This document shows, in pieces, positions 44,864-57,392 of a stretch of DNA of 64,000 bases (its first letter is position 1; every line of letters starts with the position of its first letter). Source of the stretch: Minutocellus sp. GHC0000111 (lineage: Eukaryota); assembly GCA_977018835.1 (NCBI GenBank), contig OZ361260.1, forward strand, positions 3,906,001-3,970,000, given 5' to 3'. The position numbers were made by a program, and so were the translations under genes. A model generated the notes under the pieces. It did no database searches, was not told the origin of the DNA, and saw nothing but the letters and a program-made list of their open reading frames with translations.

Positions 44864-46993
44864 ATGTCTCCTCCAGCACCAGCCAGCGTCGCTGGCGCTG
44901 ATGCCAACTTCGCAACGCTTCCTGCCACCTCTTCGTCCGAATACCGTCTGCCTCGTGCCCTTGATGTAATTTTGCAGCCATCAACACTTTTGTCGACTCT
45001 GTTGCAATATGTTGATCTTCCCACATTGGCTGCGCTACGGTCACTCTCCCTGTTTCGAGAGCGAATTGCCAAGTTGATTCGTGAACAGAATGTAACGAAT
45101 ATTTCGTCTGCAGTTTCCAGCACGAGCATTCCGCACCACATCTTGGATCACCTACGGGCCTCATCGGAATCGGGAAGCGATATCTTTTTGCGAAGTTGCT
45201 TGACCGAGACCATGTCTATTGAACCTAGAAAAGAACCCGGCACCGAAATTCAACAGAATAAAGACGCCCCGCCGAACGCCAGCAATCTTAGCAAAGCCAT
45301 AATTCGAAAACCAATGAGAGAAAAGGCGATGGCTCTCAATAGACTTGGTGTATTGGCTTTGGCATCATCTCCTATCGCTGCAGAGATTGCATTGCAGAAT
45401 TTGATTTTGCAAGGTGTGCCTGGTCACGATATCGACGATAAGACCAAGGGGAGAGTGTACGAAAGAATCGCAAAAAATGAGGCGGCCTCGGAGGCAACAC
45501 TACTCCTTCTTGTCGCTGAGGTAAAGCACCTTGCTTCGAATGGCTTCATTCCCTCGTCGTGCTCCCGAACTTTTCACAATGTCGCTCTCAATCGAAATGC
45601 TTCGCCAATGGTTTTATCAAAACTGCTTGAAGCGACCTCCGATGATCACACCAGACAAAATATCGCAAGGAATCCAAATGCCTCATCTGGAACCCTCCTC
45701 TCGATTATCAAGGAGTCATATTTGTGTCCCAAAGGGGATAATCCGGCAATGGCGCAGCGGAACGTAACGCTCAAGCTTGTAGCAGCCCACCCAAATGCCC
45801 CTTTGGTATATCTTGAATCATTTGCTGAAGACAAAAACGAATCCATTCGTGGCGCGGTGGCCTCTAATCCGAAAGCATCGCCTTATCTTCTGAGCTATCT
45901 TTCTACCGACACGGAATTTTCGGTTAGAATGAACGTCGCTACTAACCCATCGACTCCAAAAGAGGTCCTCCTTCGACTGTGCGAAAATGGTGGAGACTTT
46001 GTCATCAGAAATGGTGTGGCAGATGATGATGATTTCGTCTCTATCCGAGTGGCCGTGGCTCGCAACGCATCTACCGGTAATGATGCTTTGAAACTATTGT
46101 CAATGGATAAATACTTATCTGTCCGATTGGCTGTGGCAAGCAATCCTCTTGTTGATGTTGATGAGATTTTTGGCCTCGAGGACAAATTAAGCCTCTGTGT
46201 CCTTGCAAGGTATAGTAAAAACGTGAAGACGCTGGATCATTTGGGCGCCAGTGGAACCGATGGCATCGTTAAAAATGTTGCTAGCAACCCTTGTGTACCT
46301 CCTGGTCTACTGGAGAGACTCTCTACGTCGGACGATTTGATGATGCGATCGGAAGTTGCTTTGAATTCAAATGCCGGTATATCTGTTCTAGAGAAGCTCT
46401 CCAGGGATTCCGATGTTTGGGTGCGATCAAATGTTGCCAAGAACCGATCTACTCCCCCCGACATCCTCAATAGACTGGTGTCATTCAGTGAAGACGAACA
46501 GGTGGTGTGCAGTGCTATCGAAAATCCATCGACCAGCTCCGAGGCCGTGGCGTCGTGTTTGAGATCTATAATGAACAGTCTTGATTCAGTTCGCCCCAAC
46601 GATCCACACATCAGTATTTCCAGACTTCTAGAGTCATTGTCTCATCGTAACGACGTGCCGCCTACAGTCTTAGCTTTGATGTCCAAGAGCAGATTCGCGG
46701 ATCTTCGAATTGCCATGACATCAAACAGTAAACTTCCATCTTCAGAAATCGCACGTCTAAGTAGCATTTCCGAAACAGATAAAGTCTATAGTAGTATAAT
46801 CCACGCTTACGTAGATCTAATACCTGGCTTCGGCATGGTATGTATCGGTCGTCGATGCCATCATGCTGCATGTAACAACATGCATGCGACGGCCATTCGA
46901 AATCATTACTGCCTGCGCTCACGCGGAAACCGCGTCAAGTGTCAAAGGCCGCGCCGCCATCGCGAGAACCCGCCCTTCGCCCCGCCATCATAA
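44864..46993 (+). CDS. Leucine-rich-repeat-variant (LRV)/HEAT-like repeat protein with possible F-box-like N-terminus
   Basis: More than ten ~24-aa repeats of type (V/I)R..VA.NP.(T/A)P...L..L..D; 3' end uncertain. Confidence 0.7.
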   Translation: MSPPAPASVAGADANFATLPATSSSEYRLPRALDVILQPSTLLSTLLQYVDLPTLAALRSLSLFRERIAKLIREQNVTNISSAVSSTSIPHHILDHLRASSESGSDIFLRSCLTETMSIEPRKEPGTEIQQNKDAPPNASNLSKAIIRKPMREKAMALNRLGVLALASSPIAAEIALQNLILQGVPGHDIDDKTKGRVYERIAKNEAASEATLLLLVAEVKHLASNGFIPSSCSRTFHNVALNRNASPMVLSKLLEATSDDHTRQNIARNPNASSGTLLSIIKESYLCPKGDNPAMAQRNVTLKLVAAHPNAPLVYLESFAEDKNESIRGAVASNPKASPYLLSYLSTDTEFSVRMNVATNPSTPKEVLLRLCENGGDFVIRNGVADDDDFVSIRVAVARNASTGNDALKLLSMDKYLSVRLAVASNPLVDVDEIFGLEDKLSLCVLARYSKNVKTLDHLGASGTDGIVKNVASNPCVPPGLLERLSTSDDLMMRSEVALNSNAGISVLEKLSRDSDVWVRSNVAKNRSTPPDILNRLVSFSEDEQVVCSAIENPSTSSEAVASCLRSIMNSLDSVRPNDPHISISRLLESLSHRNDVPPTVLALMSKSRFADLRIAMTSNSKLPSSEIARLSSISETDKVYSSIIHAYVDLIPGFGMVCIGRRCHHAACNNMHATAIRNHYCLRSRGNRVKCQRPRRHRENPPFAPPS

Positions 46994-47123
46994 TATCACA
47001 TCTTCCTACCGGCTTCGCCTGCGGGCACACAACTCTGCGTCTCTTTTCTGTTTATCTCAAGTACTTGTATGTAGCTGCTCAATTGCATATTGACCCAGAC
47101 AACAACAAAAAGAGGAAACCAAC

Positions 47124-47669
47124 ATGACACGCATATCGTCCCTTGCCGTCGATTACTATCACGCAGCGAAGAAGAAAAAGATGAGAACCGCAGCCATCAG
47201 CGGGCTGGTGATCGCTGCTGTCATCATATGCTTTGCTTTGATAAACGAATCGGGCAGTGTTGTTGATACTGTGTCGGAGAGTGGTGCCAATGGGGCCGCC
47301 GGCCAGCCTGCTACTAGTACTGCGGATTCCATAAACATCGTGAGCGATGGTGGCGGGGATGCGACATCGTCTCAGCACGCTGGCGCAAAGTCACCACCAG
47401 GCGATCTCCGAGGTGCGATTCGAACGGAAAAGGCCGAAGATTTCGATCCTGACGCAGCTGTTGGTGAGGATCACGAGGGGGAATATCCAGATGGTGTGGT
47501 GGTGGCAGAAGACGACAAGGAAAGGCAGTACGGCGATGATTACACAGACGATGTGGCGGGTGGTTTGATGGAGGGCGGTGGAGACGATGACGAATTCCTC
47601 CTCGACAGCCCAGATGGGCCACCTACCGATGACATGTTGGACGACGGCGTTGTTGCCGAAGAGGTTTAG
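47124..47669 (+). CDS. Small single-pass membrane protein with acidic ectodomain
   Basis: Basic KKKK, TM AAISGLVIAAVIICFALI, then a D/E-rich tail. Confidence 0.55.
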   Translation: MTRISSLAVDYYHAAKKKKMRTAAISGLVIAAVIICFALINESGSVVDTVSESGANGAAGQPATSTADSINIVSDGGGDATSSQHAGAKSPPGDLRGAIRTEKAEDFDPDAAVGEDHEGEYPDGVVVAEDDKERQYGDDYTDDVAGGLMEGGGDDDEFLLDSPDGPPTDDMLDDGVVAEEV

Positions 47670-47860
47670 ATGAATATGATTGCCTGGGTGCGTGGTCAAG
47701 TGGCACTGGGAACGGATAGATGTTACGGGATTATACATACCAAATGCACAGCAAATATAGTAGCCTTTCCATTAATTAGCCTTTTCTTTCTCTCTTGAGA
47801 AAATTTATGTTGGTATGTACAAAAAATCCCAGAGCAGCACAGCGTTCACTCCACTCTACT

Positions 47861-49033
47861 CTACTCATCCTTCTCCACCTTGTGGTGCCCACCCTTGTTC
47901 CTCCTGGGATACAAAGAGGTCGTATATTGCTCCCTACCCCCCTGATCATGGTAGGTAACCACCATCCGAGCCTCGCCATCGGTCGCCGTCGTCGCGCTGA
48001 CGAATCCCCCAACGGCCCCGTGCGGATTGCGCTCGTCCGACAGCAGATATTGCAGCTCGGCATCGCCCGGCAACTGATCCACATTGCTCCCCTCGTAGCA
48101 GCATTCGTCCCCCGTGCCCGTCAGGATGAAGTCGATGGTGTGCCGCTCCACGTGCAACGCGCAGTGTTCATGGCCGCTGAGATACGCGGTGACGTCGTAT
48201 TTCTTCATCATGGGTTCCAGATAATCAATGAGGTATTGCGTATTGCCATGGCTGCACGCCGAATAGACCGGGTAGTGACCGGCCACAAACAGATAGTCGG
48301 CGGTCGATTTCGACAGCTGGTGGTCGATCCATCTCATGTATTTCGTGGACTCGTCCGCGGACCGCGGTCCCGTCAGCGGATCAAAGTACGACGGATGGGT
48401 GGCGTCGGACTGTTCGTTGATGCCCGCCAATACGACGGTGTCGATCATGACGAATTCGGCCGTCATGGTCTTTTGGTAGCGGCGTCCATCCGGTCCCACG
48501 ATTGTGGTGGCAAACTTCTTCTTCACCGTGTAAAACAGCGACGGAAAGTTCCATCGATCGTCTTTGTGGTGAAAGTCCAGCTGGGCCGTGACGTTGCCCA
48601 AATGGTCGTGGTTGCCGGCGCAGACGTACCAGGGAACTTGCAGCGACGGTTGGTGATACACGTGCTGGTACGTGGCGGCAAATCGTTTGGGCGTGGCTTG
48701 GCCGTGGGAGTAAAAGTTGTCTCCCAGCGCCAGAACAAAGGTGGAATTTTGACGGGTGGCAATCTTGGCCATGCCTGAGGCGGTACGAACCTGCGCCAAT
48801 GTGGAGTAGGGCCACCATTCCCTTCCTCCCCAGTCGCCGAGGATGAGGAAGTTGAGACCCTGCTCGGTAGGAGTAGCCGAATTCTGATGCACTTCGAGAT
48901 TGTTCTCATGCGTACGCATGCGGATGTCGGTCGTGTCGTCCGTGGCCCTGGCATCGACGAGGAGGAGGCACAGCAGCAGCGGCAGCAGCAGGCCAGCGCC
49001 TACTAGTGATGATGAACACCTGGTGATCCTCAT
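47861..49033 (-). CDS. Secreted purple acid phosphatase (ACP5/TRAP-like)
   Basis: Signal peptide; all five motifs GDWG, GDNFY, GNHD, VAGH, GHEH. Confidence 0.93.
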   Translation of the reverse strand: MRITRCSSSLVGAGLLLPLLLCLLLVDARATDDTTDIRMRTHENNLEVHQNSATPTEQGLNFLILGDWGGREWWPYSTLAQVRTASGMAKIATRQNSTFVLALGDNFYSHGQATPKRFAATYQHVYHQPSLQVPWYVCAGNHDHLGNVTAQLDFHHKDDRWNFPSLFYTVKKKFATTIVGPDGRRYQKTMTAEFVMIDTVVLAGINEQSDATHPSYFDPLTGPRSADESTKYMRWIDHQLSKSTADYLFVAGHYPVYSACSHGNTQYLIDYLEPMMKKYDVTAYLSGHEHCALHVERHTIDFILTGTGDECCYEGSNVDQLPGDAELQYLLSDERNPHGAVGGFVSATTATDGEARMVVTYHDQGGREQYTTSLYPRRNKGGHHKVEKDE

Positions 49034-49156
49034 TGTTCTCGAATAAGTCAGGTATCAACTCCTTCTTCCAGGGCATCGGCGATGCCCCCTCCTTGACTTG
49101 GCTTCGTGTTCGTCTGTCGATTTTTGAGTTTGAGTTGGCGCCGAATTTTTAATCTG

Positions 49157-49211
49157 GTCCCGTTTATTAATTTGGTCCCGTCTCTCAAATTGAGTCCCGT
49201 TTAGGTCCCGT
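49157..49211. promoter_or_regulatory. Four clustered GTCCCGT motifs
   Basis: At 49157, 49175, 49194, 49205, 125-180 bp upstream of the PAP ATG. Confidence 0.45.
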
Positions 49212-49828
49212 CCTCGCTTGTTTGTTCTCGTTTGGGATGTGCTTGCTTGAAAGCAGCACGTGGCGCCGCCATGACGGACAGAGTTTTTTGGCGGGCGCTT
49301 GGCTGCATCGGCAATCGCCACGGCAGCAGCAGGCAGCAGGAACCTGCTCCTCCCCAACCATCGGAAGTTGTGAATTTTTTGCTCATTTATTTGTGCATGC
49401 TCCTTGCTGCAGTAATAAGTGCCGGTTAACCATTCTTCGCCCGTCGCGCTCGAGCTCGTACCTGAAATCGCCTTCGTCCGCGGGAACTGTGCCATTTTCG
49501 TCTTCCGGATCCAGTAGTAACAATTTCGATCCCAGCGAGCACGTACTACGACAAAATTTACAAGTCCAAGGCCACACCGGAGTCCAAGGCGGTCGGTGGC
49601 AGCGGTGCAGGCGGTGCAGTAGGTGGGATTAGTCGATACGCCGCCTCGCCCAACAGCACCGGAGGCATAGGCATCACCCGCCGGCTGTCCAGCGCGTTTG
49701 CCAATAATAGCAGCACGACCGGCGCCGCTGCACAGACATTGGCCGGCGATACCACCACCACCAACATTGGCATCGGTAGCGCACCCAACACTATTACTAG
49801 CACCAACAACGCACAACCGACACGCACC

Positions 49829-51711
49829 ATGAACGCCCCCTCCACCAACGGCTCCGCCCACTCCCTCTCCATCTCGTCGGGCAACGCCCCCTCCTCCGCT
49901 GCCTCCATGACCTCCACCCCGTCCAAATCCTCCGCCGCCGAAAGCCGGGCCTTCCTCCGCTCCGAATCCCGCGCGTACGCCAACCACTCCAGGGCGTCCG
50001 ACACTCTCGCGCGCCTCCAGTTCCTCCTGCGAACCAACGCCAAGGTTGTGGGGGCCATCGTCGCCTTCGCCTTCTTCGTGGTGTTCGTTCTGGACGACGA
50101 CGGGACCGCCGCCAGCAGCCTCCGGGGCAACCTGTGAGTACAGTAGGTTTCGTCGGCGCTTTGTAATATTTACATATATATATTTGGTTTGTTTGTTTGT
50201 TTGTTTGTGTGCTCGGTGGCATTGGCCGATCGATTGAGCCGGTCGGTCACTCACTCGGCATTGATTCTTGGCTGGATTGGGTTTGGATGGATTGACTGCA
50301 GCATTGGTTTTGGGTCGGTTGGGCCTTTTGGGGGGGGAGATACTTATATATCAGATAGGAGGAGGATGTCGGTTAGGCTTTGTTCCAATGCTGGACTTGA
50401 TGGATGGGATGGGATTGGATGGGGGTCGATGAACAAACGGCTTCCTGGCGGAGCTAGCTAGCGAGCTACGCGTAGCTGGAACAAATACAGCCAGGGATGG
50501 GTGGGAGTGCATGAATTCTTCCTTTTTGGCTTTCCATCCAAACTCATATCATCATCATCATCATCTCACCATTTACACGCATTGTCATTATTTTGTCTTT
50601 GCCCCAAATCAATCCCTACCGGCTACCCCCACACAGGACCGGATACCACCCCTTTGACCACTGGGGCGGTGCCTTCCATCCGGGATACTTCTCGGCCGAT
50701 TCGGCCATCATCGACGATCATACCTTCCGCTTCGCGGCCGTGACCGATCTGGACGAGCTGTCCCGCGTCGAGGATTCCAAGAAGCCCATGTTCAAGTCGA
50801 TCCTGGTGCCCGGCGTCCTCACCCGGGACACTTCTTCCGGTAGATACTCCGTCCAATTCGAGGAATCTCGGACGCTGCTGTCCAAGCACAACGAGGCCGG
50901 ACGGGGGATGGAGCTGTCGGAGCTCACGCTGTACAAGGACCGGTTGCTGTCGTTTGACGATCGGACCGGCGACGTCTTTGAGCTGCTGTCGTCCGCCGAC
51001 GGTGCCAAAACCTACGTCGTCCCCCGCTTCGTCATCACCGAGGGCGGTGGCGACACCGACAAGGGCATGAAGTGGGAGTGGGCCACCGTCAAGGACGGAG
51101 AGTTGCACATCGGCTCGATGGGCAAGGAGTACACCAACCCCGACGGTTCCGTCGACAACACCAACAACCTGTGGATTGCCGTCCTCAACGAGCGCGGCGA
51201 CCTGAAGCGCGTCGACTGGGAGCGGCAGTACAACTTTGTCCGTGCCGCGCTCGGCGCCGCCTCGCCGGGGTACATCATCAACGAGGCCATCCTCTGGTCG
51301 GAGCATCTGAAGAAGTGGGTGTTCCTTCCCCGTCGCATATCGGCCGAGGCCTACGACGAGGACATGGACGAGAAGCGCGGCAGCAACAAGCTGGCCTTGG
51401 TCGACGACAAGTTCTCCAAGGCCACTGTGGTGGAGATCGACATGAAGGACAAGGACCCCCTCCACGGCTTCTCCTCCTTCGCCTTCGTTCCCGGTACCAA
51501 GGACGAGCATGCCATCGCCATCCGGTCCGTCGAGGAGGACTGTCAGCACACGGTCGAAACCTGCAAGCAACGGTCGTACTTTGTGGTGTTCAATGTTCTG
51601 ACGGGCGAGGTACTGATGGACGAGGTCAAGATTGACATTGACATGAAGTTCGAGGGTATTGAGTTCATCGACATTAATACCCCCGCACCCAAGGAGTACA
51701 CCGACCAATAG
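49829..51711 (+). CDS. Calcium-activated nucleotidase/apyrase (CANT1-like), type II membrane
   Basis: Exons 49829-50133, 50637-51711. TM anchor, TDLD, GRGMELSEL, SFDDRTG, KWEWAT, GSMGKE, FLPRR, GFSSFAFVPGT, KFEGIEF. Confidence 0.92.
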
Positions 51712-51985
51712 AACGCAACGCAGTGGCTACCTACTATTTTAATATTATAAAGAAAACAGCCATGAGAAATAAGACTGGGAAGAGTGGCAACCATACTCAG
51801 TTTACTGCGATTCAGACCGACAAAAACAGATGAGCTCTCAATCAATTCGGCGTGTAGAATGTAGACAAATGAGTGCTGGGGGCTGAGCTGAACAGAGCAG
51901 AAAGCCAGTAGTGCAAGTTCTCGGATTTTTCTTAGCTTGGGCGCGCGAACGACATGAATAACATCATACGCTCAATCCTCGAGCT

Positions 51986-53469
51986 TCAGGCCTGATCCTG
52001 TCCCCCCTCCACCTCTTCCTCATCATCTTCCTCGATAATGCCAATGAAGAGGCGTTTTTCGAGAGAAGAGCCAATGGAGCGCAAACTGGCCGTGATAGTA
52101 CATGTAGTATCGTCCTGCACAGAGGTCGGGCTGTCAGAGCCAAGGACTGGTCCGCCAATGCCATATTTCTTGGCAATGATTACCGAGTGGTACGGGTTGG
52201 CACTCCTAGCGGTAATGCGAGGCTCGTCGCCATCGACCGCAGGCTTGAGGACGCGATGGAAGGTAACGCCACCCTTCCACCACTCGTCGGTAGGATCGCG
52301 AGTGTTTTTCTCAAAGTAGACGAGACGACTCTCCTTGGTCCCATACGTGACGGTAACCAGAACCCCATGGTCCTTGTGAAGAATACGGCAGCTTTCCTCC
52401 ATAAAAGCTCGGGCACTGTGGCCACTCCCGGCCGAGCAAAGGATGGCGTCCAGAGTGGCCTTGCAAATGATGAGGTCAAAGGATCCATCAGCGTAGGGAA
52501 GGGTCTTGGTAACATCGTGACAGTCGTAGGTCATCTTGATAAAGGAGTCACTGGCTGCAGTACTACTGCTACTATCGGTGTTGGCTGATCCCTTCGTCTT
52601 CTTCTCAAGTAGGGTCTTGTGGAAGGCATCGTCGTACTTCTCACGCATCTGCTGAACAACGACGGAGGAATAATCCACATTGACGATATCACCCTCCCAG
52701 CCATCTTTCATCATTTCCTCTCCAAGGGTATCGTTGCCAGCACCAACAATGAGAACTCGAGCTGTCTTCTTGTCAATGGTATTGGGGCCGTCATCGCTTT
52801 CGTAGTCGGTGATGCCAGCTTCACCTGGAGCTGAGGATAGATACTCCGGAGTCAGCAGGTGACGGAAACCTTCATACTTTTGATACCAACTAAACGATTC
52901 GCGGTCCCTGGAATTGGTTTGAAGAGGAATTGAACAGGCGAAGAAAGTCAAAGGGTGAGTGGCAAGCGTGGGTTGTCAGCGTGGAAGGAAATACGGTTCA
53001 ATCTTTCATTTTCTTTGCAGGTTGAATGTGAAACGCCGGCCCTACTCTCTAACAGGAAGGCAATGCCAACTCTCCCCAGGACATGAACAAAAGGTGAGGT
53101 GCAGCCCAATGCTTGCATGTGGCCCCCCCAAGAAAATAAATCTAGCCCGCAGCGGCTCGAAAAGTAGCAATCCCACCTGACTGCAGCGTGCAACGAACAA
53201 TGGACTCTACCGATGGCCCACCAGCAAGAGGCGGGGTTGGCGGCAGTGGCTAGAGGCCGAGAATAAGTTGTCAGCTCATCATTTGCCTGCAATTGCTGGT
53301 GCTATTCGCTACAATCAAAGTTGCGTGATCTGAGTCTTCATCACCATACCAATAAATTATTGCCACCAATCGCAGCACTGCCCAAACAAGCAAACGAGCC
53401 CAATCCGAACGAAACAACTCACACATCGTAGCGTTCATTCCAATACTCGAGCCGGCCGTACTGAGACAT
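51986..53469 (-). CDS. Class I SAM methyltransferase (EEF1AKMT4/METTL13-N-like)
   Basis: Exon 1 53469-53423 (MSQYGRLEYWNERY), exon 2 from 52907 (FSWYQ, VLIVGAGN, NVDYS, SFDLIICKATLDAILC). Confidence 0.85.
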
Positions 53470-53947
53470 GATGAATGGTGTTCGACGATGGCTCAACCGT
53501 AAGGGTAAGGCGCGTGGGAATTTTTGGCGGGCGCGATCCGGGGCGATTGCTTGGAAAATCAGTCGAACGAGTCACATTTGAACCCAAATGCTGGCCGAAC
53601 CGTCAAAATTTTTTGGGGTACGGGCAACTCTCTAAGCCAGTTTATGCACATAAGGAGACAATAAAAGTAGCGGTACCCTAGTTTTTTTCGACCGTTCGGT
53701 CAGGAAATGGATTTCCGTAATGGGCCCAAACCGCTTGAAAATCTCTGATTTTTATCCGAACTCACTCCTAGAGTAGAGGATGAAAACTGAAAAACGAGAT
53801 GACCAGGCTTGTGGTTCCACGGTCTGACACCAGAAACTCAAGAAATAGATTTTCTGACTACACGCAACCGTGCAAGAATTACACCAATAGATATACCTGC
53901 AGCTTTAACTTTACCACTACCGGTATCTTGATATATCCGTAGTCTCA

Positions 53948-56887
53948 TCAGAACGCATCCCTCTCTGGCTTTGGAGGTATGACATCCTGCTGGCCCTCTT
54001 CTTCCTCGTCCACTGCAATCTGCATCGTTCGTTGGTAGCCACCCATCAGCATGGAATTGTCCTTGCTATAACCAAGCTCGCTGCGATTCATCTGGCGGGC
54101 CAGTACTTGGGGAGAATACACTGGCCTAGCGTCGTCGCTGCCGTTGCCGGATCCATCCTTGCCGGGACTATTGTTGCTGGTGCCGTTCTTGGAGGTTTGT
54201 CCGGATCCCATGGCACCGCTGCCACCAACACCAAAGACATCACCGCCGGGTGTTGATTCCGGCATGATCAAGCCCACGTTGAGCAGGGCATCAATATCCT
54301 TATCGGTCTCCAGTGATCCCCAGAGGGCTCTTGCCTCCCTCTTTCTGCGTCGTCGGATGGCAATCTTTGATATGCAGAAGGAACCAACGAGGGCGAAGAT
54401 GAAGAGCGCCATGCCGGCAATGCGGATAGGATCCAAGGTTCCCGTGGCGATGGGGGTAGCGTACGGGCTGATTGGAAGAGGCAGAACGTTGATGGGAGCC
54501 TCATGCTCCAATCCGACCAAGCTGAGGCCGGCAATCTTGGGATCGGCGTACTGCGCCCATGCCAAAAAGTCCCCGTCGTCCATGGCGGCCTGGACCGTCT
54601 TCTCCACCTTGCGGCTGATCCGGGCCGTCTTTTTCTGCGAGATCATGGCATTGGGACTGTCGGCGGCGTAGATCCAGTACCGCAGGTAGGCCTTCTGCCA
54701 GGAGATGCCGGGCAGGCCGTTCAGAGCCTTCTTATCGTTCTTGCTCAGGTCTGGATTCTCCAACAGCGATTCCAAGCCAACGTGCGAGATGGTTGACTTG
54801 TCCCAGTTCAGTTCGAGGACGATGCCTTCCACAATGAGACGACGGCTGCCATGAGGGGCAGTCTCGGGCGCCATGTAGGCCACCCTGTCGTCAATATTGG
54901 GGAGAGATCGTTCAACGAGCTTTCGCTCTCGCTGCTGTTGCTGCAGTAGCATCCGTCGACGACGCTGCCGGTATCCATCCTCATCACCCTCCTCGCCAAC
55001 GTCGGTGGAGTCAAAATCGTCGAGGTCGGCGGCAAAGTCCAACTCGGCCCGCTGCCCGGCCACGATCTCGGCGGTCTGATCATCGTCCTGCCAGGCGTCG
55101 TCGTCGAGGTAGTCCTCCACCACCAGGCCGTCGAGTCGCTCCTCGAGCATCTTGCTGGTGGAGTAGATGATGGCATCGAGGAGGTAGTCGGCGCGGGTCC
55201 ACTTGGTATTGCCGACGCGGATGTGCCCACCCGCGGTGGTGAACATGGCCACCTGGGTGGCGACGGATACCTCGACGGTCATGGCGGGGTAGTACCGGGT
55301 GGGTGCCATGCTGATGGTGGGCTTGGCAGTGGGGAAGGGGGTAACGGGAGCGGCCGATACCGGAGCGGCTGTGATGGGCGGGGATCCAGGTGGCACAGGG
55401 GGGAGCGGTGCGGGCGTTGGTACCGGGACCTTGGCATTGGGATTGTCCGCCTCGGCCGTCGGGTAGAATCTGCGAGAATTCATGTTGAGAGGCGCACAAA
55501 AACAAAGACGAGACGAAATTTGTGTTAGCAACTTGAAGTCTCTGACGAACAAGATACCAGCCTCTATAGATCAAAACACATTGCAACAAAGTAGGTGTTG
55601 AATAGGCCAACAACAAAATATACTATACAGCCATGCACACACTCACGTTACCGTGGGGTAGGCAGTGACGGTGGGCCACATGGTGACCGTCGGCCAAGCC
55701 GTGACGGTGGGCCACATGGTCACGGTCGGCCAGGCCGTCACGGTCAGCCACGGCGTCACGGTCGGATACGGCGTCGGATCCCGATCCCCAAACGTCGGCC
55801 TCTTGGTCGGCCGAGGAGTCGGTGGTGGACCCACCATTGTTGGTTCCGGAGCCGGAGCAACCACCGCCGTCTCGGCAGGGGGAGGGGTGGGAGGCTCAAT
55901 GTCGATGCACACGCCGCACGTGTAGCGGCACAGGTCCCTCACCCTCCGCGAGCTGATCTGGCCGTTGACGATGAGGGGTCGGCTGCAGGCATCGACAAAG
56001 TCTTGGTAGTTGGTCTGTCTCGCGAGGTCAAAGTCGGCGGTACAGCTGGACGACCGACCGATGACCCCGTTGGGTTGGAGGTAGCTAAAGGCCCCGTTGA
56101 CAAAGTACGCGGCGGCACCGGCGCTGTGGTCCGCGAGGGTGGCCTCGTCGTCGAAGCAGGCGCAGTAGTCCGTGCCTTCCGTGCCAAAGCCGTTGCAGTT
56201 GGGCACCGACTCAAAGGCATTGCGCTGGAAGCACCGGAGGGATCGCTGACAGTCGACGTCGGAATCGCAATCGCCCTGGCAGGTGCCCAGCATGCCCCCC
56301 TCGCCGATGTAGGTGAGGGTGGTATCGCCGGAGGAAGTGGGCAGGATGGTCGGCCGAGGCGTCGGGGGTGGCGCGTTCTGCTGGTTGTTCTTGTCGGCCT
56401 TGGCCGGATCCTCCTTGCCGTTGTCCTTCTCGTTGTTCTTGTTGTTGTCCTTTTCGTTGTTCCTGTCGTTCCCACCGTTTGCCGCTGCATTGTCCTCCTC
56501 CTTGAGCGAGCGCTGCATGTGGGATGCACCGGCAGTGGCAGCATTGGTGTCTGTATTGGCATTCATTTCCGATCTTCCAGCAGCAGCAGCAGCCGCATTA
56601 GCAGCATTTGTACCAGCATTAGCGCTCGGCAAACCATTCTCATTCCAAGCATTGGCGCCGGTGGCGGTGCCGGTCGACGCCCCTCGCAGTATGAGACTGG
56701 ACGAATCGGCACCTTCGGCCAGAGCGCAGCAAGACGATGCCGCAATTACCGCCACCGCCAGAGCAGCTGCCGTGGCCGTTGGTAGGCTCGCAGCTGGACG
56801 TTGTCGTTGTCGCCGCCGCCGTCTGGACCGGCTGGTGCTGGTCTCCGCATTACCGACGGGGCATGGAGTGCTATTATTCGAGCACAT
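53948..56887 (-). CDS. Type-I membrane protein with frustulin-type acidic Cys-rich domain, PTVTxW repeats and RXL sites
   Basis: Exons ~56887-55647 and 55469-53948. LGTCQGDCDSDVDCQRSLRCFQR..VPNCNG.G..GTDYC; TM IAGMALFIFALVGSFCI then RRRRKR. Start uncertain. Confidence 0.75.
55647..55770 (-). repeat. 18-bp coding minisatellite (PTVT[A/M/P][W/Y]) of about 6-7 units
   Basis: PYPTVT PWLTVT AWPTVT MWPTVT AWPTVT MWPTVT AYPTVT. Confidence 0.85.
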
Positions 56888-57392
56888 GATGTGCTTTATT
56901 TCTGGTCTGATAAAGATACTGGACCAAGGTCGAGCGGTCCCACAGCGTATCAAAATTGGAAACACCAAAGAGGGGACAATTTGGACCAACAATCAACCTA
57001 CTGACGGGTATCGATTGGCAACAAACAAAAGTCGAACCGATCGTGTTTGCGTCGTTTTTGGCGTTGAGCAATTTTTTGAATTTTTGTGCCGAATGCCGAT
57101 GGAAACGGAATCAGGCAAACAAGCGAAGATACGCGCTCGAATCAATACAATCGAGTGGACACAGCGCGGCTGAGGAATATTTATATCAAGCAAGCGCAAA
57201 GGCGGCCTCCGTTGATTCTACACCTATTGACCTTCCCTGTCGTTCGTCCTCTCGCCGTCTCGCGGCCGTGGTTGCGGGTTTTGCTGGTGGCTGGAAAATT
57301 CAAAGTTGGACTGCGAGCCGGCATCGCCTTCGAAATTGCGTCATCGTAAAACAACCCCAATTGAACCCCAACCCATTTTCCCTCGCAACCTC

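Noticed and set aside
55647..55770. Regular 18-bp repeats as a CRISPR-like array
   Set aside because: No spacers, coding minisatellite, eukaryotic context
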